Positions 1 to 6,218 of a stretch of DNA of 14,105 bases are shown piece by piece. The notes under the pieces were generated by a model. It saw only the letters and a program-made list of their open reading frames with translations, ran no database searches and was not told where the DNA came from. Origin of the DNA: Bdellovibrio sp. (lineage in GTDB: Bacteria > Bdellovibrionota > Bdellovibrionia > Bdellovibrionales > Bdellovibrionaceae). The stretch is from assembly GCA_046318155.1 (NCBI GenBank), contig JBKCUU010000101.1, positions 1 to 14,105 of the forward strand, in the 5' to 3' direction. Within the stretch, counting starts at the first letter, position 1; the number at the start of each line of letters is the position of its first letter. A program made the position numbers and the translations under genes.

Positions 1-2
1 GT

Positions 3-1040
3 GTTATTTATGGTGGTGCTGAAATTAGCCCTCAATTTCGTGAACTTGAAAAAGGTTGTGATTTTTTAATTGCAACTCCAGGTAGATTAATTGATATGTT
101 TGATAGAGGTAGAATTTCACTTGCTGAAACAAAATATTTAATTTTGGATGAAGCTGATCGTATGTTGGATATGGGATTTGCTCCGCAGTTGCGCGAAGTC
201 GTGAATCATTTGCCGAGAAAACGGCAGAATTTGCTGTTCTCGGCAACTTTTCCCGCCGCACTGATCAAGCTCACGCGTGAATTTATGCACGAGCCCACAC
301 GTATTGCGGTCAAGGGTGAGCAAGCATCGCCCCGGCAAATCACGCAAAAGACTTTGGATCTGCGTCCGGATCAAAAACCAGCGGCCCTTCTTAATGAGCT
401 GGACAAGCGCCAAGGCACTCTTCTGGTGTTTGTTCGCACTCAGCGCAACACCGAAAAAATTGGCAATTACTTGCTTGATGCCGGGAGCGACGTTTCGATT
501 ATTCATGGTGGGCGTTCGCAAGCTCAGCGCTCGCGTGCTTTGCAGCAGTTTCGTGATGGTCTGACTCGCGTTCTTGTCGCAACAGATGTCGCGGCACGAG
601 GCTTAGACGTTCCTCACGTCGAGCACGTGATCAATTACGACCTCCCTGAGGTTGCTGAAGATTACGTTCACCGCATTGGTCGTACCGGAAGGAACGGAAA
701 GTCAGGACAGGCGATCTCTTTCATCACCTCGCACGAGCGTGGTTTATGGAAAGCCATTGAGCGCCTGATGAACCCGCACCTGAAAGATCAACCTGAGCGT
801 TTTCAACCGGATCGATCACTGAACCAAAACACCCGCTCTGAGAAGAGCCGCACCGGCGCCTTTGGATCAAACCGCAATGGCTATAAATCCGTCGCCGAAA
901 AACGTGGCTATGAGCGTCCTCGCGGAGCTGAGGCGCGCTCGGCTCGCCCGGACCAGAGAGACACGAGCGATCAACCCCAGAGATTTGGTGGGCGCCGTCC
1001 TGCGAAACCCGCAAACAATAGCATTTTCAAAAACGGCTAG
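3..1040 (+). CDS. DEAD-box ATP-dependent RNA helicase (RhlE/CshA-like C-terminal part), 5'-truncated at the window edge
   Basis: Frame is open from nt 3 (VIYGG...), upstream of the ORF-track Met at 96. Motifs in order: GG, TPGR, LDEADRMLDMGF (II), SAT (III), LVFVRT (IV), HGGRSQAQR, ATDVAARGLD (V), YVHRIGRTGR (VI), then a basic low-complexity tail. Q motif and Walker A lie outside the window. Confidence 0.96.
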   Translation, partial: VIYGGAEISPQFRELEKGCDFLIATPGRLIDMFDRGRISLAETKYLILDEADRMLDMGFAPQLREVVNHLPRKRQNLLFSATFPAALIKLTREFMHEPTRIAVKGEQASPRQITQKTLDLRPDQKPAALLNELDKRQGTLLVFVRTQRNTEKIGNYLLDAGSDVSIIHGGRSQAQRSRALQQFRDGLTRVLVATDVAARGLDVPHVEHVINYDLPEVAEDYVHRIGRTGRNGKSGQAISFITSHERGLWKAIERLMNPHLKDQPERFQPDRSLNQNTRSEKSRTGAFGSNRNGYKSVAEKRGYERPRGAEARSARPDQRDTSDQPQRFGGRRPAKPANNSIFKNG

Positions 1041-1078
1041 ATCGCTGACTTCATCGACAGTTCAGTGGTGAAGAGTTA

Positions 1079-1127
1079 GGCGATAAACTCGGCTTTCCTA
1101 AAGGCTTGATTTATCGTCGTTTTTTTT
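1079..1127 (+). terminator. Rho-independent terminator downstream of the helicase
   Basis: GGCGATAAA (1079-1087) pairs with TTTATCGTC (1110-1118), with a bulged inner stem at 1089-1109, followed by G and a T8 run (1120-1127). Confidence 0.8.
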
Positions 1128-1221
1128 GATAGTCGACCATTCCAACCTGATCCAAAGTCCTCAAGTTTCTAACACCTTTTTTCATCATTTGCCAAAATGG
1201 AGTGAGTAAATGGATGTCACA

Positions 1222-1238
1222 AACGGGAGGACTCCGTT
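1222..1238 (+). promoter_or_regulatory. Shine-Dalgarno site (GGAGG) of the Hint lipoprotein gene, within a small hairpin
   Basis: GGAGG at 1226-1230, 8 nt before ATG 1239. AACGGG (1222-1227) can pair with TCCGTT (1233-1238), leaving an AGGAC loop. Confidence 0.7.
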
Positions 1239-4058
1239 ATGAGTCAAAAGAGAACGAACCTCTTACTGGTCTCAGGACTATTGGTACTACTGGCTGGCTG
1301 TAATCAAGCGCCAAATTCGAGCCCAAGCCTCGAAGAGGGCATGAACAGCGCAATCAATTGTAAGTCCGGGACCGGGCCCGTCGATCCTAGTGAGCTTGAA
1401 ATTCGCGGAACGGTCGCGCTTCAAAAAGGCGAGACCGCTCACTATCAACTCAGCCAGGACCTCAGTTGCTCGAACAGCCAAAAGGTTATCTGGAAGACGG
1501 TCGCCGTTGCGGGATCGAATCGCATCGGTTCAGAAATGAATTCGACCTTTAATAAAGTCGGGAATTATGTCATCAGCGCGCAAGTGCTCACGGCAAAATC
1601 AACGATCCCCTATGAATTGTCTTTTAAAACGACCGTCATCAATGATGCTCCCACTTTGATTGGTCCGCAAATCACGATGGTTGGTGTAGAGAACAATTTT
1701 GACCTCGGTATTCCGAGCAACATGGACGTTGCCTCAGTCGACTGGAACTTTGGCGACGGGTCCGCCGTTCAAAACAGTCTTGGACCGCTCACGCACACCT
1801 ACGGCAGGGCCGGAACCTATCAGATGTCAGTGATGATTAAAGATGGCGCGGGTTCGGTCACGACACTGAATCGCAGCCTGCTTGTCTTGCCTTTGCAGGA
1901 TGGACAGGAATGCGTTTACCAGCTTGGAGTTTCGGGACCTTATGAAGTGACGGTGGGACAGCCGGTCTTGATGTCAGTTTTTATTCCCTCGTGTGTCTCT
2001 TCCAAGGTCACCGCGATCAGCTGGAACTTTGGTGACCAGTCGCCTTTGGCTTCAAACCAAACTGTTGAACACACTTTTACAGAAATCGGCGCATCGACCG
2101 TGACTGTTCAGCTGTTTACGACTTCAACGACAAATCCATGGGTGACGCTCACTCACAGAGTAAATGTGATTGCTAAAATCGAAGTACCATCACCCACGCC
2201 GACTCCTGGGCCCACGCCAGATTTAAACGAATGCCCCTTAGCGGGACAACAGCGCCAAGGCAAAAGCGATCTTTATTCAGAGACTGAAGCTTGCGGTGTG
2301 AACGGAACCAAGATCAAGTCCTTCCGTGACGTTGTGGTTGATGAGTGCCGCAATCAAAGTGGAATTTTAAAATGGATCGAAGTTTCTAAAAACAAGGAAC
2401 TTCAAAGCGAAGGTGCCTGCCAAGGCTTAGCTTGCGAAGTTCCTGCGGCCTCGCTGTCTGGAGTCGATCCCCAAGGTGCGGGTTTTTCCTTGATTAATGG
2501 CAAGTACTACCTTTTGGATGGAGCAAGCAAGACGTTCTTCTCTTCGACTTCACCGACCGGATCATGTGCGTCAGTTTCTGAATCCCGCAGCTGCGCAAAT
2601 GGCCAGCTCGGTGGATCAAGCGCGCACCAATTTTTGAACTGTAACAATGGCTGCGAAGGTTTTGGCTTGCACGGAACGGTTAAGACTGGAGTCACAACTG
2701 GCGAGATTAAAGTCTCGCTCACTTGTGGGTTTGGCGAACAAGGATTCTTCAACTTGTTCCACCAGGTTTCGGATCAAACGTGCCAAAACGGGCAGATCCA
2801 AACGACGAACACGCGCCAAGGAGACTTAAAAACGGCAGGTTCTTGCCCGACGTATTCGCATGTTGGAACAGATGTTTGGTCTGAGTGTTCGGACAATTGC
2901 GGCGGCAAGCAAACACGAATCTTTCAATGTCAAAGCAACTTAGGGGACGTCGTTAGCAGTGACCGCTGTGTTGGAGCTGCACCCTCTGACGAGCGTCTGT
3001 GCGATGCAAATCCAGCTGCGGTCGCGCGCGAAGACCGTGAGACGTCTGTCGAGGAAGCCGGCGCCTCGAACCTGTGCCCGGCCAACCAGATCGGTGTCAT
3101 CATCAACAAGCGTGATGTGACTTTGATCAAGTCTTATGCCTGCATTGAGCACTCGGTGCAATTGGCCGGGACGCAAACGACTTACGGTGCTTGGACGACT
3201 GAAAATTACTGCCGCAATTACGTTCCGAACCGTTGTAATCATGACAGCTTGAGCAATACCGAAGCCAAGGGTCGCTACAAATGGATGCAGAAGTGCCGCT
3301 CTCAAGTTCCCTTGATCGAAGAGTTTCTGACAAAGTTTGATGATGTGAGTGTCGAGACGAAGAAAAAAGGGCATTACGGTATCGACGAAGGTAGTCGCTT
3401 CTTGTACCCCACCTTTATGGACCGCTCGAAAATGCCTGAAAAAGCGTGGATTGCTCCTAAAGGAGAAGCCGGAAGCTGCACTGTTCCCTCTAGCGTTTAC
3501 GTTGCGGCCGTCTGTGTGTCTTCATGTGCGACTCCTGAGCAGCAGATTCTGACGCAGGTCAAGAGTGAGAGAATGAAGTACTCAACCTTTATCGAAGCAT
3601 TGACTCAAAAGCATGATTTCGTCATGACTTTACAAAGCAGCAGTTCGATCAGTAGCAAAGACCTCCAGAAAACTCGCGTTGAGAATTGGGTGACCGAGCT
3701 TTTGGACACCGAACATGACATCTTGATTTTCAAAATGAAGTCAGGTGGACAACTTAAAGTGACGCCAAACCACCCACTTGTCTCGGGCGATGGTCAAATG
3801 GTCATGGCTCGCGAGTTTAAGGTCGGTCAGTCCCTGGTCCGAGTGGGCGGTCAGGGCGATCAGATCTTGTCGATCACGCCAGGCAAGCATTTTGGCAAGG
3901 TCTACAACGTTTTCGTGAAGTCGGCCGATTTGCATAAAAACATCGTGGTCACAAATGGATACTTGAACGGGACGGCATTTTATCAAAATGAGGGCGCTAA
4001 AAATATGAACCGCGACCTGTTCCGCCAGAAACTTGTTCGAGGAGTTCTTGAAAAATGA
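1239..4058 (+). CDS. Lipoprotein with PKD/Ig-like domains, Cys-rich/TSP1-like modules and a C-terminal Hint (Hedgehog/intein) domain; putative autoprocessing surface adhesin
   Basis: Lipobox LAG-C21; PKD signatures WNFGDG/WNFGDQ (W169, W262); linker PSPTPTPGPTP; TSP1-like WSECSDNCGGKQTR; Hint block A (SS|C763-ATPEQQILT), block B (LKVT842PNH845PL) and block F (GKVYNV...NIVVTNGYL). Confidence 0.88.
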   Translation: MSQKRTNLLLVSGLLVLLAGCNQAPNSSPSLEEGMNSAINCKSGTGPVDPSELEIRGTVALQKGETAHYQLSQDLSCSNSQKVIWKTVAVAGSNRIGSEMNSTFNKVGNYVISAQVLTAKSTIPYELSFKTTVINDAPTLIGPQITMVGVENNFDLGIPSNMDVASVDWNFGDGSAVQNSLGPLTHTYGRAGTYQMSVMIKDGAGSVTTLNRSLLVLPLQDGQECVYQLGVSGPYEVTVGQPVLMSVFIPSCVSSKVTAISWNFGDQSPLASNQTVEHTFTEIGASTVTVQLFTTSTTNPWVTLTHRVNVIAKIEVPSPTPTPGPTPDLNECPLAGQQRQGKSDLYSETEACGVNGTKIKSFRDVVVDECRNQSGILKWIEVSKNKELQSEGACQGLACEVPAASLSGVDPQGAGFSLINGKYYLLDGASKTFFSSTSPTGSCASVSESRSCANGQLGGSSAHQFLNCNNGCEGFGLHGTVKTGVTTGEIKVSLTCGFGEQGFFNLFHQVSDQTCQNGQIQTTNTRQGDLKTAGSCPTYSHVGTDVWSECSDNCGGKQTRIFQCQSNLGDVVSSDRCVGAAPSDERLCDANPAAVAREDRETSVEEAGASNLCPANQIGVIINKRDVTLIKSYACIEHSVQLAGTQTTYGAWTTENYCRNYVPNRCNHDSLSNTEAKGRYKWMQKCRSQVPLIEEFLTKFDDVSVETKKKGHYGIDEGSRFLYPTFMDRSKMPEKAWIAPKGEAGSCTVPSSVYVAAVCVSSCATPEQQILTQVKSERMKYSTFIEALTQKHDFVMTLQSSSSISSKDLQKTRVENWVTELLDTEHDILIFKMKSGGQLKVTPNHPLVSGDGQMVMAREFKVGQSLVRVGGQGDQILSITPGKHFGKVYNVFVKSADLHKNIVVTNGYLNGTAFYQNEGAKNMNRDLFRQKLVRGVLEK
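2187..2219 (+). repeat. Pro-Thr linker-coding repeat (PSPTPTPGPTP)
   Basis: CCCACGCC occurs twice (2193-2200 and 2211-2218); separates the PKD region from the Cys-rich region. Confidence 0.75.
3525..3974 (+). other. Hint domain within the 939-aa lipoprotein (about C763-T912)
   Basis: N-terminal Cys nucleophile, TxxH motif at 3762-3773, block F VYNV at 3900-3911. Ends NGYLNGT instead of the intein-type ..VHN|C/S/T. Confidence 0.85.
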
Positions 4059-4825
4059 AAACGATGATTTTTCGCTCGCTGTTGATAGTTGCCGGCATCG
4101 GAACGATTTTTGGATTCGTCGGTTGGAATCATCCACAAAGTCCCGGCAAGGAGGCTGGGCCACTTTCTCCGTTCAAGGTGAAAGGCTCTGTTGCCAGTAA
4201 AAATCCCGTGCTCATCTCTCAGGATAAGCTTGGGGAAATCGCTTCGGCAGTGACCGATTCCAGCGATCTGGAGAAAGTCCAAGGGCCGCGGGCGGTGCCC
4301 CTCAAACATGAAGTCCTTGAGGCTTATGCCTACCGCGATCAAATTGAAAGTTTTCGATCGCTCAGCAAAAAAGTCTTTCTCAGCGACGAGGAACGCAGAA
4401 CTAAGCGCGAGTTGCTCGAGAGCAAAGATTTTCTAAAGTCGTTGGCTGGCCTTTTAAAAGTCGGAGCCGGTCAGAGTACCGAGATGAAGCAAACGCAAGA
4501 TGCCGCGCTGGACGTTTTGTTCGAGTCTCTTCGTGCCGACCAAGCGAGCCCCGGCGTCGAGGTTTTAGCTGAAGTTGTCAGCGACGGGCAGATTGAAAAT
4601 GAGGCGACGGATATGGTAACCAAACGTGACCTTGCCGGTGTCAAAGCTGAGGTGCTCTACTACTGGTCTTCGCTTGATCCGGCGAGTGCAGGCCGCATCG
4701 AGCAGGCTTTACCCGGTCCCATCAGCCGCCGGATTTGGGAAAACGTGATCTCGGTTCAAAAAAACAATCTCGCCGAGTCGACTCTCGAGGCCGCAAGTTA
4801 CCCCGCATTTGCTGACGCGCTCTAA
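4055..4825 (+). CDS. Hypothetical exported or membrane-anchored, probably alpha-helical protein coupled to the Hint lipoprotein gene
   Basis: 256-aa ORF; ATGA start/stop overlap at 4055-4058; N-terminal basic + hydrophobic segment (MKTMIFRSLLIVAGIGTIFGFVGW), Pro/Gly/Ser linker, Cys-free charged body. No family recognised. Confidence 0.82.
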   Translation: MKTMIFRSLLIVAGIGTIFGFVGWNHPQSPGKEAGPLSPFKVKGSVASKNPVLISQDKLGEIASAVTDSSDLEKVQGPRAVPLKHEVLEAYAYRDQIESFRSLSKKVFLSDEERRTKRELLESKDFLKSLAGLLKVGAGQSTEMKQTQDAALDVLFESLRADQASPGVEVLAEVVSDGQIENEATDMVTKRDLAGVKAEVLYYWSSLDPASAGRIEQALPGPISRRIWENVISVQKNNLAESTLEAASYPAFADAL

Positions 4826-4863
4826 ACCAATAGTAATGTAGGTCCACGAGGTCAAGTTCGGAT

Positions 4864-4894
4864 CAAGAATCCGTCAGTTTATGGCGGATTGTTG
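4864..4894. terminator. Stem-loop between convergent genes, possible terminator
   Basis: AATCCGTCA (4868-4876) / TGGCGGATT (4882-4890), extended by CAA/TTG after one mismatch. U-tracts are weak on both strands. Confidence 0.45.
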
Positions 4895-4922
4895 GGTAAA
4901 TGACGTCCAACGAGAGGGCGGA

Positions 4923-6218
4923 TTACTGACGGATTGTGACGGGAACCATGTCGATCGCGAACCGTGCACCTTGTTGGTAGTTGTATTCAACGTCACCAGA
5001 CAATTTGACCGAGTTGTTATCGGGATCATACAGCCAGCCACCTTTCTGTGATTGAGCGATGATCTGACCTTTTCCCTGCGCCAAAACTTCGGGACTTCCG
5101 TAGCGAACACGCAACATCAAAGTGCCATTGGCATCTTGACGAGGTCGCTGAGGCAAACGGATGTCTTTCGCCAAAGTTTTGATCGAGATGTCCGCCCCAA
5201 TTTTTGCCAAGTCCTTGCCGAAGTCAGTCTGGACAAGGCTCATAATGTGCTGAGCGCGAATATCTGAGGGCGAACCTTGGCCTTCATTCGCTGCCAAGAT
5301 AAAATTCTCGAGACGGTCAGGACCAAAGCCCTCTTTGCACTGACCGTTGTTCTTAGCCGTCGTCACCTTGCGACCATTGCGACCCGTGGCTTGAACAAAG
5401 TCGAAGCACTCAGGATGGTATCTTTCGTGAACACGAAGACCCCAGTCTTTTTTATCCTCGGGATCTGATTTTTTGACCAAAGCGCCGTAAGCCGACACTT
5501 TCTCGCGTTTGCCAGCTTTAAAGTTAATCAACTCTTGAGCCATTTGTTCGGGAGTGATCGAGGCTGTCGAGTCATCCGCATCAGAAATCATCACGACCAC
5601 CAGTTGGGCGTCTTCTCGAAAAAAGTCCTTTGTATCGGGGTTGTCCGCGGTGTTTTTCAACGTCGCTAACAAGGGTGAGAACATTTCTTCCCTCTCAGGT
5701 CCACCCTCGGCATAAGGGGCGATCCCAATTTTTAACGTGGCGGCTAAAACTTCGGAGGCCCCTTGAAAGCGAGAAACGAAGCGGCTTTTTGAGATTTGGC
5801 CGCTGGCGTTCTTCAATTTGCGAAGCTCGCCAATGGCATACCCATCTTTTTTGGTTTTGACGAAGCGCTCTGAGGAGTCCCAGACCGACACAACACCGAT
5901 GTGGTAATCAATCATCTTGTTTTTTTGAAATGCATCAACAAAGCGATTAATATTACGGCTCAAGTTCTCTTGAGCGCTCTTCATCGACTCAGAGTTGTCC
6001 GAAACAAACAAAATGTCCACTTTAGGATTAAAATCCAATTCGCTTTGACCGCCATCCAGGGTGATCCAACGAATTTGATCCGCCGGAATCGGGTCGTATT
6101 TTGGAATGATTGGTTTTTGTGGCGGTGGAACGTCCCGACGACCCTGTACGGTCGCTGTTTCTGGGCTGCAGGCGGCCAGAAGCGTCATCGCCATAATGGG
6201 TAGAATTAGGTGTTTCAC
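4923..6218 (-). CDS. VWA/MIDAS-domain lipoprotein, CglB-like adhesin
   Basis: Start revised to GTG 6218 (GTGA overlap with upstream stop; GGAGG 5 nt upstream). Lipobox MKHLILPIMAMTLLAA-C17; VDILFVSDNSESM gives MIDAS DxSxS (5985-5999); downstream FFREDAQLVVVMISDADD; last gene of a glt-like operon. Confidence 0.85.
   Translation of the reverse strand: MKHLILPIMAMTLLAACSPETATVQGRRDVPPPQKPIIPKYDPIPADQIRWITLDGGQSELDFNPKVDILFVSDNSESMKSAQENLSRNINRFVDAFQKNKMIDYHIGVVSVWDSSERFVKTKKDGYAIGELRKLKNASGQISKSRFVSRFQGASEVLAATLKIGIAPYAEGGPEREEMFSPLLATLKNTADNPDTKDFFREDAQLVVVMISDADDSTASITPEQMAQELINFKAGKREKVSAYGALVKKSDPEDKKDWGLRVHERYHPECFDFVQATGRNGRKVTTAKNNGQCKEGFGPDRLENFILAANEGQGSPSDIRAQHIMSLVQTDFGKDLAKIGADISIKTLAKDIRLPQRPRQDANGTLMLRVRYGSPEVLAQGKGQIIAQSQKGGWLYDPDNNSVKLSGDVEYNYQQGARFAIDMVPVTIRQ

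Noticed and set aside
96..98. ORF-track start Met of the helicase
   Set aside because: The frame is open to the window edge and conserved motifs (GG, TPGR) lie upstream; the gene is truncated, not short.
3525..3974. Self-splicing intein or mobile element
   Set aside because: No homing endonuclease, no terminal His-Asn plus nucleophile, and only a short C-terminal tail rather than an interrupted host protein.
1239..4825. Polymorphic toxin-immunity pair
   Set aside because: Only ~27 aa follow the Hint domain, there is no recognisable toxin domain, and the C-terminal cleavage residues are absent.
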